From NCBI GenBank assembly GCA_963804995.1, contig CAWDSK010000006.1:544001-608000 (forward strand): 64,000 nucleotides of DNA. The letters run 5' to 3'. Under the pieces are notes generated by a model. That model ran no database searches. It had not been told where the DNA came from and worked only from the letters and a program-made list of their open reading frames with translations. The translations under genes were made by a program, and so were the position numbers. Positions 9,170 through 19,027 of this stretch are shown here, one piece after another. Each line of letters starts with the position of its first letter. Position 1 is the stretch's first letter. Source of the stretch: an uncultured Acidobacteriota bacterium. Its GTDB lineage: Bacteria > Acidobacteriota > Terriglobia > UBA7540.

Positions 9170-10546
9170 ATGGGTCAAGGCAATGCCAATACGAACGCTC
9201 CTGGAGCGCAAGCGCCCGGTTTGCGCCGTGTCCTCACCCTCAAGGACCTGATCTTCTACGGTCTGGTCCTCATGCAGCCCATCGCTCCCGTAGGAATCCT
9301 GGGCTTCTCTCAGCAGATGTCTCACGGTCATGCCGTGACCACGATCTTAATCGGCATGGTCGCGATGATGCTGACCGCGTTCAGCTACGGCAAGATGGCG
9401 GCGCTTTATCCTTCGGCGGGATCGGCCTACACCTACGTCGGACGGGAACTCAACCAGCATCTGGGTTTCCTGGTCGGGTGGGTGATGACGCTCAACTATA
9501 TGATGATTCCGCTCATCAACACGGTCTTCGGTTCGCTCACTCTCTACCGCCTGGTCCCGCAGATTCCCTACGTTATCTGGGTTGCAATTTTCGTCGGAGT
9601 GATCACCTTTTTCAATCTGCGGGGCATCCGCGCCGTCGCCAACACCAATACCGTCTTCCTGGGAATCATGACGGCGGTGATCCTCCTGTTCGTGGCGCTG
9701 GCCGCCCATTATGTGGCGAAAATGCACGGCTGGCTGGGCTTGTTTTCGTTTCAGGCATTTTATGATCCGCGTACCTTCGACGTACGCTCGGTCAGCAAGG
9801 CTACTTCCCTTGCCGTCCTCACTTATGTGGGCTTTGACGGGGTAACCACGCTCGCTGAAGAAGTGAAAGACGCCAAGCGCACCGTTCCGCTGGCGACCGT
9901 GCTCATCTGCCTGTTGGTCGGAATCTACAGCGGAGTGGAAATATACCTCGCGCAGCTCGCCTGGCCGGACTACCTCCACTTTCCCAATATCGAAACCGCC
10001 TTCCTGGACGTCACGCGAAGAGTGGGGGGCCCCCTGTTGTTCGCAGCCATGGGGGGTGTGTTCATCCTGGCTTGCCTGGGCAGCGGGCTGACAGGGCAGG
10101 TGGGAGCGGCCCGGCTGCTCTACGGCATGGGCCGCGATAATGTGATCCCACGCCGCTTATTTGGACATCTCGACCCGCAACGGGGTAACCCCAGCTTTAA
10201 CGTCTGGGTCATTGCGGCATTGACCTTTGCCGGGGCCTTGTTCATCAGTTATGAGCGCACTGCGGAACTTCTGAACTTTGGCGCCTTCATCGGCTACATG
10301 GGCGTCAACGTTGCCGCCATCCGGCGGTTTCATCCCCGGCCGGGAAAAGGCGTGTTACGCGAGTGGCTCGGCGGTGCTTTGGTGCCGGGGTTGGGCTTCG
10401 TGTTTTGTTTCGTCATATGGTGGGGCCTGGCCGCGCCTGCCAAAGTCATTGGCGGAATCTGGCTCCTTCTGGGGATCATCTATAGCGGCATTAAGACCCG
10501 CGGCTTCCGCACCCCACCGCGCTCCTTGAACTTCACGGAAACCTAA
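9170..10546 (+). CDS. APC-family amino acid/polyamine permease
   Basis: LRRVL..DLIFYGL, YPSAGSAYTY, GFDGVTTLAEE; about 12 TM segments. Confidence 0.92.
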   Translation: MGQGNANTNAPGAQAPGLRRVLTLKDLIFYGLVLMQPIAPVGILGFSQQMSHGHAVTTILIGMVAMMLTAFSYGKMAALYPSAGSAYTYVGRELNQHLGFLVGWVMTLNYMMIPLINTVFGSLTLYRLVPQIPYVIWVAIFVGVITFFNLRGIRAVANTNTVFLGIMTAVILLFVALAAHYVAKMHGWLGLFSFQAFYDPRTFDVRSVSKATSLAVLTYVGFDGVTTLAEEVKDAKRTVPLATVLICLLVGIYSGVEIYLAQLAWPDYLHFPNIETAFLDVTRRVGGPLLFAAMGGVFILACLGSGLTGQVGAARLLYGMGRDNVIPRRLFGHLDPQRGNPSFNVWVIAALTFAGALFISYERTAELLNFGAFIGYMGVNVAAIRRFHPRPGKGVLREWLGGALVPGLGFVFCFVIWWGLAAPAKVIGGIWLLLGIIYSGIKTRGFRTPPRSLNFTET

Positions 10547-10625
10547 CGTTGCGACCGCATACCTGCCAAAACGCGGCACGTATGCGCCACCCGCAGCCCC
10601 CCTGCGGTGCGTGCTGCCTTACTGT

Positions 10626-10654
10626 TTGACATTAAACGCAAGGCGTTATAGACT
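10626..10654 (+). promoter_or_regulatory. sigma-70 promoter of higBA with a palindromic operator in the spacer
   Basis: TTGACA-17bp-TAGACT; AACGC-AAG-GCGTT at 10635-10647. Confidence 0.75.
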
Positions 10655-10661
10655 GCAAGGT

Positions 10662-10940
10662 GTGATTAAATCTTTCCGGTGCAATGAGACGGAGCGGCTC
10701 TTTCATCGCGAGCCCAGCCGGAAGTTCCGCGCCATCGAACGTTCGGCGCTTCGCAAGCTCGACATGCTCGATGCGGCGAATGATCTTCAAATACTCAGTG
10801 CACTTCCGGGCAACCGACTGGAGCGGCTGCGCGGCGACCGCGAGGGACAGTACAGCATTCGGATCAACGACCAGTGGCGGGTCTGTTTTAGCTGGCGAGA
10901 GGGCGACGCCTACCACGTGGAAATTGCGGACTACCATTAG
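10662..10940 (+). CDS. higB: Type II TA toxin, HigB (RelE/ParE superfamily)
   Basis: IKSFR, PGNRLERLRGDREGQYSIRINDQWRVCF, VEIADYH; GTG start. Confidence 0.93.
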   Translation: MIKSFRCNETERLFHREPSRKFRAIERSALRKLDMLDAANDLQILSALPGNRLERLRGDREGQYSIRINDQWRVCFSWREGDAYHVEIADYH

Positions 10941-10952
10941 AAGGAGGACAGG

Positions 10953-11258
10953 ATGGCTAGGAAACTGAAGCCCGTGCATCCGGGCGAAATTCTCCGCGAG
11001 GAGTTTATGAAGCCGCTCGGCCTCAGCATGAACAAGCTGGCGTTGGACCTGCGTGTGCCCGTCACCCGCATCGCGGAGATTGTCCATGAGCGTCGTGCTA
11101 TTTCGAGCGATACCGCCCTGCGCCTGGGCCGCTACTTCAACACCCCACCGGTTTTCTGGATGAACCTCCAGGTTCGCTATGACCTCGAAGTCGCGGAAGA
11201 CGAACTGGCGCCCCGGATCGCGCGCGACGTGCATCCCATTGAAACAGCAACCACTTAG
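10953..11258 (+). CDS. higA: HigA family antitoxin (HTH-XRE)
   Basis: PVHPGEILREEFMKPLGLS, TALRLGRYF, FWMNLQ; AGGAGG RBS; toxin-first order. Confidence 0.93.
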   Translation: MARKLKPVHPGEILREEFMKPLGLSMNKLALDLRVPVTRIAEIVHERRAISSDTALRLGRYFNTPPVFWMNLQVRYDLEVAEDELAPRIARDVHPIETATT

Positions 11259-11286
11259 GCAAACTGGCGCAGAGCGAGCGCGCACT

Positions 11287-11472
11287 GTAGCACCGGCACT
11301 CCTGCCTATGAATGGGGCTTGAAGGTTCGAGCCTAACAACACAGCCAGGAGTGGCTGTGCTACAGCTACGGCTGGCGCCCCGACGAGTCAGGGCGATTTA
11401 GTCCATTTGTAGCGCGGGTGTCCCCACCCGCGATTGTTCTCGCGAATACGCGGGTGGGGACACCCGCGCTAC
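11287..11472. repeat. Two GTAG REP doublets (11287-11363 and family C 11409-11472)
   Basis: GTAG...CTAC bounded hairpin pairs. Confidence 0.8.
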
Positions 11473-11512
11473 AACGGCGGGGGGCAACACCCGAGATTAC
11501 CCCCAGTCCATG

Positions 11513-11607
11513 GTCAAGACGGACGAATCGTTCAGATAATAGAATCGGAGGCCGGACGTGGCCGGGCTCGAAGTGGCGTCTGTAGGTCGGGAACATCGGC
11601 GGGCAGG
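11513..11607 (+). repeat. Direct-repeat element with core ATCGTTCAGATAATAGAATC (left copy)
   Basis: Left part matches 20611-20647; right part matches 20722-20803. Confidence 0.85.
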
Positions 11608-11690
11608 GTTCAGCGACGTAAATCGCAAAAATGTACGGCATAGCCTTCTTCAAATGTTCGAAAATGCGATGTCCGAGCCGGACTGTGAGT

Positions 11691-11870
11691 CTAACTTATG
11701 CTGTAGGGAGCGAATGCAAAAAACAAGTACACCGCGCCCATGACGATCATGGCAGCAAGAAAAAACACGACCACGCCCAAGACGGCGACGGCAGCAATAT
11801 CGGCGGCGGTCTTCACTATCAGTCTGAGATCCTCAGACCATGCTGGCACCTTAAAAATCATAGCGAACAT
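11691..11870 (-). CDS. 59-aa small membrane protein (not in the ORF track)
   Basis: ATG at 11870 with AGGAGG 5 nt upstream; MFAMIFKV...MGAVYLFFAFAPYSIS; similar to 14119-14262. Confidence 0.7.
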   Translation of the reverse strand: MFAMIFKVPAWSEDLRLIVKTAADIAAVAVLGVVVFFLAAMIVMGAVYLFFAFAPYSIS

Positions 11871-12363
11871 GGCGCCCTCCTATCACGCCCGTCTCGATGG
11901 GCTTAGCTGCGCTGCCTCTCTTCCACGGGCACTCTAATGAGGCACGGAGGCCCGGGCACCGGCAACGGTGGCGCTCGGGGTACCCTTTTCAGAGTTTCCT
12001 CGCATTCTCCCGTCCTTGCGGGTACAAACAATTCATGAGGCATCTTGCTTTCCAAACTGTTGCCGGCCTTAATCCTTGTAAATACATGGGCCCCAACATT
12101 GGATCGGTCCGCAGTTGTATAAGCCTTTGAACAACCGGGCATGGCTTGTCCAGGATTTTTGACGATCCTGAATGGAGCCGTCAGCGCAAGTTGCGCAGAA
12201 CTCGAAGATTGTGAGGCGGTTACCTGAAAAGGATCGATTGGAACAACGCGTGCCTCACGGAGGGCGTGGTCGGCGGGACTCCTGGAGCTTCGTAGCGCGA
12301 CCACGCAGCGAGCGAAAATCTTAACGCAATCGCTAGCTGACGAAGAGGAGGATTTAACGAACC

Positions 12364-12927
12364 ATGAACCGCCAAAAGAGAACACCTTACTTCTTGATCT
12401 TGTTGCTAGTGGTTGCGGGCTGCCTTTTGATTTCACCCGCCGCCAATGCCGGGGACAACCCATCTGGAAGCTCCCAGGCAATATCCCAGCTTCTCTCGCA
12501 AGTCAAAACAGAGGCGATCGCCCTGGAGGAGGATGCGGAAGATCTCGCCACGTGGACGCGAACAAAACAGATGAGCTGGCAGAGTCACGCGGAAAAACTC
12601 AACAAAATGCGCGACCATATCAACGTGGCCGGCAAGCTCCTTGCCCAGCTTAACGAAGCCCGGGGGGGAGCCTCCCCTTGGCAGCAGCAGGCGATTGACC
12701 GCATCTACCCCTTGCTGAAGGAACTCGCCGACAATACTGAAACGACGATCAGGCATCTCGTAGACAACAAGGGCCTCATCCACTTTTCACCCTACACGGA
12801 TTACGCGAGAGCCAATTACGATCTGGCTCAAGAACTGACAGCGCTGATTAGCGATTACGTGGAATATGGGGATCACGAGGCAGAATTCCATCGCCTCCAG
12901 GAAAAGCTGCGACCTGCCGCAAGCTGA
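12364..12927 (+). CDS. Secreted alpha-helical hypothetical protein
   Basis: GAGGAGG RBS, signal peptide, amphipathic helices. Confidence 0.75.
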   Translation: MNRQKRTPYFLILLLVVAGCLLISPAANAGDNPSGSSQAISQLLSQVKTEAIALEEDAEDLATWTRTKQMSWQSHAEKLNKMRDHINVAGKLLAQLNEARGGASPWQQQAIDRIYPLLKELADNTETTIRHLVDNKGLIHFSPYTDYARANYDLAQELTALISDYVEYGDHEAEFHRLQEKLRPAAS

Positions 12928-13209
12928 TTCCGCTTTCGGAACGTCGGACGGAAGACTGTGAGGTGGCCGGGTTCGGGCCAGGGCCGCCTCACAGGTTTTC
13001 CGGTTCCAGTGTTTTCAGACCGGAGTGCGCCGGTTATGCCAACCCGAGGAAGGCCGTCTGATCGAGAGGCTTGATCTTGAAAGCGATGGCCGCTCTGAGC
13101 CACCAACACATGACCAGCCGGAGTCCCAGGGGGCCGCCTGGTTTTACACGCAACGCTGGGGAGGGCGATTCCGGGTTTTCATTGCGAGCTGAGCAGAAAG
13201 GACATCGAC

Positions 13210-13728
13210 ATGCCCTATCTTTTTCAAAACTGGAGTGGGCTCCACCAGCTCATCGTTCACATCCCGATCATCTTGCTCCTGGTCGCCCCGTTCTTAGTCT
13301 TTGTGAGCCTCGGATTCTCGGCCGCAAAAAGGCGTCCATTTCTAGTGTCAGCTTTGACACTCATGGTGCTGGGGACGGCGATGACCTTCGTGGCCGTCAT
13401 GACGGGGGAGGCCGCGATGAAAGTCATTAGCTCCACACCTGCCATTAAGGCTGCACTCGCGGAACACCGGGCTCTGGCCGAAACTACACAGGAGTTGTTC
13501 ATCGTGCTTACGTTGGGATTTGCGGCTCTGCTCTTCGCCACCAGGCTGTTGGGGGGTGAACTCGAGCCTCGCGTCAATACGGTACTATGGGTCGTTTACC
13601 TGCTTCTTTATGCAACTGGAGCAATATTACTCGTCCACACTGCGCGTCAGGGGGGGCAACTCGCCCATAGGCTTGATGCACAGTCGGCAGCAACTTATCA
13701 ACTGTCAGGTAAGGAGGGCGCGAGGTGA
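13210..13728 (+). CDS. DUF2231-like membrane protein
   Basis: LHQLIVHIPI, TGEAA...H, TARQGGQLAH pattern; 4 TM segments. Confidence 0.75.
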   Translation: MPYLFQNWSGLHQLIVHIPIILLLVAPFLVFVSLGFSAAKRRPFLVSALTLMVLGTAMTFVAVMTGEAAMKVISSTPAIKAALAEHRALAETTQELFIVLTLGFAALLFATRLLGGELEPRVNTVLWVVYLLLYATGAILLVHTARQGGQLAHRLDAQSAATYQLSGKEGAR

Positions 13729-14099
13729 AAATCCCTACCGTGCTACTGATACTCGAGGAGTCTGATGATCTGGAAATCTACGGAGATTTTCTCCGCGACA
13801 GGGGGTACGCGACCCTGAAATGTACCTCCCTGAATGAAGGCATCAATTCCCTTGAGACCGAATCGGTCTCACTAGTGATTGTCAGCCAAGGTACGCGCGC
13901 GTTCGAGGGCCGGCAGGTACTGGAACGATCCCTACAACTCCACCCGCAAGTTCCGGTTTTGGTCGTGGCGCGGGTTTTGGACATGCACTGCTACCTCGAA
14001 GCCATGGATCTTGGGGCGACCGATTACCTTGAAAGGCCGGACCCACAGGACATGGTGTGGGTGGTCGATACGCAAATGCGCCGGGTGGGAACTACATGA
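13725..14099 (+). CDS. Stand-alone atypical receiver domain
   Basis: REC fold pattern (AMDLGATDYLERP); phosphoacceptor position is Ser (LVIVSQ) and the conserved Lys is Arg; GTGA overlap with upstream gene. Confidence 0.75.
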   Translation: MKIPTVLLILEESDDLEIYGDFLRDRGYATLKCTSLNEGINSLETESVSLVIVSQGTRAFEGRQVLERSLQLHPQVPVLVVARVLDMHCYLEAMDLGATDYLERPDPQDMVWVVDTQMRRVGTT

Positions 14100-14118
14100 T
14101 CTTGGGAAGGAGGTTGCC

Positions 14119-14262
14119 ATGTTTCAGATGATGAACGAGGAGTCAACACAGCCACAGGACCGTAAGATGATGATCGTGAGGGTCGGCGCATTGACCGTCG
14201 CCTTGCTTGCGCTAGGAGCTGCGGTCTATTTCTTTGCGTTCCTTCCGTACGCCAACCGCTAG
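14119..14262 (+). CDS. 47-aa small membrane protein
   Basis: AAGGAGG RBS; MFQMM...LGAAVYFFAFLPYANR. Confidence 0.7.
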   Translation: MFQMMNEESTQPQDRKMMIVRVGALTVALLALGAAVYFFAFLPYANR

Positions 14263-14504
14263 GTGCAGCAGAGTCAAGTAGAAGGGAACACTAAGAGATA
14301 CCCATGGCCGGTTTCATCACTGATTCGTTACCCCCAAAGGGCCTTTTCTCGGTCGGCTCAGCGAGGCAGCGGACCACGTTATCTCTCTCCATTTCGGGGG
14401 GCAGAGTTTCAGGCAGATGCTCGCGAAAGCCTCCCTCAGAAATGGCGTGGGAGTGTTTGCCGTCGAACGGGACAGCCACTCCCCAAGCAGACTGACGGGC
14501 ACAC

Positions 14505-15146
14505 ATGTTGGAAATACTTGTAATATTCTTCGCGGTCTTCATTCTGAACATTATTCCGGCGTTTGCTCCGCCTACGTGGATGGCCCTTTCCTACGCAGGG
14601 TTCCGGCATCCTTTGTACAGCATAACCCTCCTGGCTTTCGTAGGCGCCACTGCCGCAACGCTCGGTCGACTCGCGCTTGCTAAGCTGTCACGGGTGATCA
14701 TTCGACAAAGGTTGTTGAGCAAATCTACCCGCGAGAATATCGATGTCCTTAAGGAGGGGTTGGAGAAGAGGCGGAAGCTTACCTTCAGCGTGTGCCTATT
14801 CTATGCCTTCAGTCCGCTTCCGTCGAATTTCCTATTTATCGCGTATGGCCTGACTTCGCTGGAATTAAACCTCATTGCAATTCCGTTCTTCCTAGGTCGG
14901 TTTGTTGCATACAACATTTATGTCTTCGCCGGCTCAATCGCGGCCAGAAAGATCACCTTGGAATCATCCGAAGGGCAGTCCTATCTTGGAGCGTACTTCG
15001 TCCTTTCGCAGATCCTCTTGCTTTTTCTTGTTTACCTCTTCACGAAGGTTGATTGGAGAGCCCTCTTTGACGATAAGAAATTCAGATTGGTAAAAGCAAA
15101 GAGTGCAATCAAATTGGGCTCCGTTGACGCAGCCGCACCGCGATGA
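14505..15146 (+). CDS. Integral membrane protein, DedA/VTT-like
   Basis: NIIPAFAPPTW, GATAATLG, FSPLPSN, GRF; multiple TM segments. Confidence 0.65.
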   Translation: MLEILVIFFAVFILNIIPAFAPPTWMALSYAGFRHPLYSITLLAFVGATAATLGRLALAKLSRVIIRQRLLSKSTRENIDVLKEGLEKRRKLTFSVCLFYAFSPLPSNFLFIAYGLTSLELNLIAIPFFLGRFVAYNIYVFAGSIAARKITLESSEGQSYLGAYFVLSQILLLFLVYLFTKVDWRALFDDKKFRLVKAKSAIKLGSVDAAAPR

Positions 15147-15171
15147 CCGAAATTCTCAGGGTTGCGACCAT

Positions 15172-15187
15172 TGGCACGATAGTTGCT
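15172..15187 (+). promoter_or_regulatory. sigma-54 (-24/-12) promoter
   Basis: TGGCAC-GATAG-TTGCT matches TGGCAC-N5-TTGCW exactly. Confidence 0.75.
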
Positions 15188-15340
15188 CTATTCAACGCTG
15201 TGGAAGACGGCCATGACATAACTTCGACGGAGTGACGGTCATTGGGGAAAAATTTGGAAGGCCGATGCATCGCCCGTCTGCGAAATGGAAATGAACGGCG
15301 AAGGCAGAGTTGAGCTCAACTTCAGAAAGAGAGAACACCG

Positions 15341-16324
15341 ATGAAAAAAACATCCAGTTTGGGAAGTTTGTTGATCGCCGCTACCTTTCTGGTTCCGGCA
15401 TGGGTGAGGCCGGCCGACCAAAAAAATGATGTTGAAGCCATCGGGTCTCGCAATGTCGCACATAAAAGCATCGTTTCCATCGAGAAAGAGGTGGCGATTG
15501 GCAGGCAGTACGCCACGGAAATTGACAAGTCCGCGAAATTGCTGACGGATCCTGTCGTCACGGAGTACGTGAACCGCCTCGCCCAGAACATCGCGCGCAA
15601 CTCAGATCTCCAGGTCCCGCTAACCGTCAAGGTCCTCAACATACCGGATATCAACGCGTTTGCACTCCCCGGTGGCTTCATGTATGTGAATAGCGGTCTG
15701 TTGGCGGCGGCCGAGGAGGAAGCCGAAGTTGCCGGAGTCATCTCACACGAAGTGGCGCATGTGGCGGCGCGCCATTGGGCAAGTCAAATGACCAAGTCAA
15801 CCCTTTTGCAATACGCGATGATCCCCTTGATTTTCACGCCCATGTCCTACCCTGTGTATGTGGGAGTATCGCAGGGAATGAATATTGGGATACCCCTTAC
15901 TTTTCTCAAATTCAGCCGCAGCGCTGAATCCGAGGCTGATTTTTTGGGGCTGCAATACATGCATAAGGCCGGGTATGATCCCAATGCCTACGTGGCTTTC
16001 TTCGGGAGGATCATTGATGAGCAGAGGCGGACTCCAGGCAGCACCCCCTCGATTTTTTCTGATCACCCGATGACCGGCGACCGGATCATTAAGTCAGAAG
16101 AGACGATCAAGGAGGTCTTACCCAAGAAAGACTCCTACCTGGTTTCCACTTCGGAGTTTGATGATGTCAGAAATCGACTCCTGGCCACTTTGAAGAGGAG
16201 CAAACTGCAGAAGTCTGAGGCCAACAACCCGACGTTGCGGAAGCGCGAAGCAGCAAAGGAATCGCCCAGCCGAGTGGAAACCCGGAGCGAAGATAAGCCG
16301 CCGGTTCTGCGGCGGAAGGAATAA
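15341..16324 (+). CDS. M48 family metallopeptidase (BepA/YfgC-like), exported
   Basis: NAFALPGG, HEVAH zinc motif, SRSAESEAD, DHP. Confidence 0.92.
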   Translation: MKKTSSLGSLLIAATFLVPAWVRPADQKNDVEAIGSRNVAHKSIVSIEKEVAIGRQYATEIDKSAKLLTDPVVTEYVNRLAQNIARNSDLQVPLTVKVLNIPDINAFALPGGFMYVNSGLLAAAEEEAEVAGVISHEVAHVAARHWASQMTKSTLLQYAMIPLIFTPMSYPVYVGVSQGMNIGIPLTFLKFSRSAESEADFLGLQYMHKAGYDPNAYVAFFGRIIDEQRRTPGSTPSIFSDHPMTGDRIIKSEETIKEVLPKKDSYLVSTSEFDDVRNRLLATLKRSKLQKSEANNPTLRKREAAKESPSRVETRSEDKPPVLRRKE

Positions 16325-16609
16325 ACCCGGGGGATAAAGCCATTCAAGAGCCGTCCGAGGATGGATCGGGCAATGGCCTGTTCGGCGCGGTCAAAGATTT
16401 TGGACACTTTTAGCCTTGGGATGTACAAAGATTCAGCCACGACGCCCCGAAACCGTGAGTCCCCCGCAGTCAATTCATTTGTTTTCAGAGTCTTGCGACT
16501 ACGGCTCCTCGATTGCAATCAAGGGTGCGTGAGGCAAGGACAGAAACGCTGGACAACACGATTCACGGCCGCCCCGTTTCAAAGGGAAAGCCTCCAGGAG
16601 GATACTCTT

Positions 16610-17353
16610 ATGCGTACAATGACTCTGTTCGCTATTCCCTTCGTTTTCGTATTAGCTGCCGGTCCAGCGCTGGTAGCCGGAGAGCGCGCAACTGACGCTC
16701 AGATCGTTGCTGAAATCCAGAACAAACTTTATCACGCTAAGGTTTCGCAGCACGGCGACGTACAGGTAGCGTTTAGCAATGGCATTGCGACGCTCACGGG
16801 GACAGTCGATAGCGTGGGTGTGAAGCAGGCAGCCGAGCGGGCCGCGGAGAAGGTTGACGATGTCGCCCAAGTCATCGGACAGATCACGGTGCATGCCGAG
16901 GATGTAACCGACCGACAGATTGTCGAAAAGGCGCGCAAGGAGATCGTCACCTACCCGTTTTACGGCATCTTCGATAATCTCGAACTGCGGGCCGAAAACG
17001 GCGTGCTGACGGTGGGTGGCCAGGTGAGCGATCCCTTCAAGAAGTCTGACATCGGGAACTTTCTGGCTTACGTCAAGGGTGTGTCCCAGGTCCAGAACAA
17101 TCTTGAGGTTCTACCCGTCTCGATCTATGACGACCAATTGCGGCTGGCCATCGCTCGTGCAATCTACAACGACCCGTTCTTTGTCCACTACGCGACCACG
17201 GCGCTGCCGTCCATCCACATTATCGTCAAAAACGGAAATGTGACTCTGGAAGGTGTAGTGAGCTCCCCCCTGGACAAGGCCAAGGCGGGAAACGACGCGA
17301 CGTTCGCAGCCACCTATTTTGCCCTCACGAATAACCTGCGTGTGGGGAACTGA
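16610..17353 (+). CDS. Triple BON-domain exported protein
   Basis: AGGAGG RBS, signal peptide, repeated G.vTL.G.V...NnL.V units. Confidence 0.88.
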   Translation: MRTMTLFAIPFVFVLAAGPALVAGERATDAQIVAEIQNKLYHAKVSQHGDVQVAFSNGIATLTGTVDSVGVKQAAERAAEKVDDVAQVIGQITVHAEDVTDRQIVEKARKEIVTYPFYGIFDNLELRAENGVLTVGGQVSDPFKKSDIGNFLAYVKGVSQVQNNLEVLPVSIYDDQLRLAIARAIYNDPFFVHYATTALPSIHIIVKNGNVTLEGVVSSPLDKAKAGNDATFAATYFALTNNLRVGN

Positions 17354-17514
17354 AATCGCATGCACGATTCGCCACTGCGGGGGGAGGCGCTCGAAGCAGT
17401 CGATAACAAGGGCGCCTTCCCCCGTCGCTCGCTGGCGGACCGCTCACCACACAACTCTGGCGCCTTTGCTGATGATCATTGTTTGCCCACAAGCCGGCAT
17501 GCCCGCCAGTTCTG

Positions 17515-17622
17515 TACCTCAAAGCCATAGATTTTGGGGCGATCGATTACCTTGAAAGCCCGGACCCAGAGGAGATAGTGTGGGTGGTCGATTCGCAAAT
17601 GCGCCGGGTGGGAGCTGGCTGA
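17515..17622 (+). pseudogene. Truncated paralog of the atypical receiver gene 13725-14099
   Basis: YLKAIDFGAIDYLESPDPEEIVWVVDSQMRRVGAG* aligns with YLEAMDLGATDYLERPDPQDMVWVVDTQMRRVGTT*; no in-frame 5' part. Confidence 0.75.
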
Positions 17623-17623
17623 C

Positions 17624-19027
17624 CTATGGCTTGGAATCACCTATACCGTACTTGGCAATTTTGTATCCGAGATCGCTGCGGGAAAGCCCCAGGCGGCGGG
17701 CGGCTTCCGCCTGCGCCCCATTGGTAGACTTCAAAGTTCTCAGGATGAGTGTCTTCTCGGCCTCGGCAAGGAAGTTGCGTAAGTCATTAACTTCCGGTAG
17801 GACGTCGGAAAGGGATGCCGATTTCCCCCCCGCGGATCTTGCCGATTCCTGTATCGGGCCTGAACTCAACGGCACAGGGAAGCTATCCGCACTGAGCTCG
17901 CTGCCGCTCGAAAGGATTGAGGCTCGCTCGATGAGGTTTCGCAGCTCCCGGATGTTTCCTGGGAAGTCGTAGTCTTTAAGCTTCTCCATCGCCTCCGGGC
18001 TAAAGGTTCGCTTCGGCAGCTTGAGTTCCAAGGCCACCTGCCGCACGAAAAGTTCCGAAAGGACAGTAATGTCCTCTCTCCTTTCGCGCAGCGGAGGAAT
18101 GGCAATGGGCACTACCGCCAGCCGATAGTAAAGGTCCTGCCGGAACAGCCCTTCGCTCACCCGCTGCGCCAAGTCCCGATGGGTGGCTGCCAGCAGGCGC
18201 ACATCCACTTTCCTCAACTGTGTGGTTCCAACTCGCAAGACTTCTCCGTCCGTGACCACGCGCAAGAGCTTAGCCTGCGCGGCGGGCGACATCTCCGCCA
18301 CTTCGTCGAGGAAGAGAGTTCCCTGGTGGGCAGCCTCGAAGAGCCCTTGACGGCTGCGGTCGGCGCCGGTAAAGGCCCCCTTCTCGTGGCCAAAGAGTTC
18401 GCTTTCGAGCAGTGTCTCCGTGAAAGCCGCGCAGTTCACGGCCACAAAGGGTTTGGGGGCCCGGGGGCTGTTCTTATGGATAGCGCGAGCCACCAGTTCC
18501 TTGCCCGTGCCCGTCTCGCCGGTGATCAGGACCGTGGCGCCGGTCGGAGCTACCCGCGCTATCAACTCGCGCACCGCCTGCATAGCCGCGCTTGAGCCAT
18601 AGATCTCCGGCGAACCCACCAGACGAACCACTGTGTCCTTGAGGAGGACGTTTTCACGCCGCAGCCGCGTACGCTCGCAGGCGCGGGAGACCGCCGCGCG
18701 CACCACCTCGGGCTGAAACGGTTTCGTAATGAAATCAAAGGCCCCTTGCCGCATGCTCTCCACGGCCAGATCGACGGTCGCAAAGGCCGTGATGACCACC
18801 ACGGAAACCGCGGGATCGGCCTCGATTGCAGCCGCCAACACCTGTAGGCCGTCTCCGTCGGGCATCTTTTGGTCAGTGAGCACGACGTTGAAATCCTCCG
18901 CCATCAGGACTTTTCGGGCCGCCTGCACTCCCGCGCACTCCGAGACCTCGTGGCCGTCCTGCTGTAGGTTCAGCGCCAGCACGCGACGCGTATGAGGCTC
19001 GTCATCCACAATCAATACTCTGCCCAT
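17624..19027 (-). CDS. sigma-54-dependent response regulator, NtrC family (REC-AAA+-HTH)
   Basis: VDDE/TDQKMP, GETGTGKE, GAFTGA, LFLDEV, FPGNIREL. Confidence 0.95.
   Translation of the reverse strand: MGRVLIVDDEPHTRRVLALNLQQDGHEVSECAGVQAARKVLMAEDFNVVLTDQKMPDGDGLQVLAAAIEADPAVSVVVITAFATVDLAVESMRQGAFDFITKPFQPEVVRAAVSRACERTRLRRENVLLKDTVVRLVGSPEIYGSSAAMQAVRELIARVAPTGATVLITGETGTGKELVARAIHKNSPRAPKPFVAVNCAAFTETLLESELFGHEKGAFTGADRSRQGLFEAAHQGTLFLDEVAEMSPAAQAKLLRVVTDGEVLRVGTTQLRKVDVRLLAATHRDLAQRVSEGLFRQDLYYRLAVVPIAIPPLRERREDITVLSELFVRQVALELKLPKRTFSPEAMEKLKDYDFPGNIRELRNLIERASILSSGSELSADSFPVPLSSGPIQESARSAGGKSASLSDVLPEVNDLRNFLAEAEKTLILRTLKSTNGAQAEAARRLGLSRSDLGYKIAKYGIGDSKP

Noticed and set aside
13030..13045. 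GTTATGC as an integron attC core
   Set aside because: No matching inverse core with a bottom-strand hairpin, no cassette array and no IntI.
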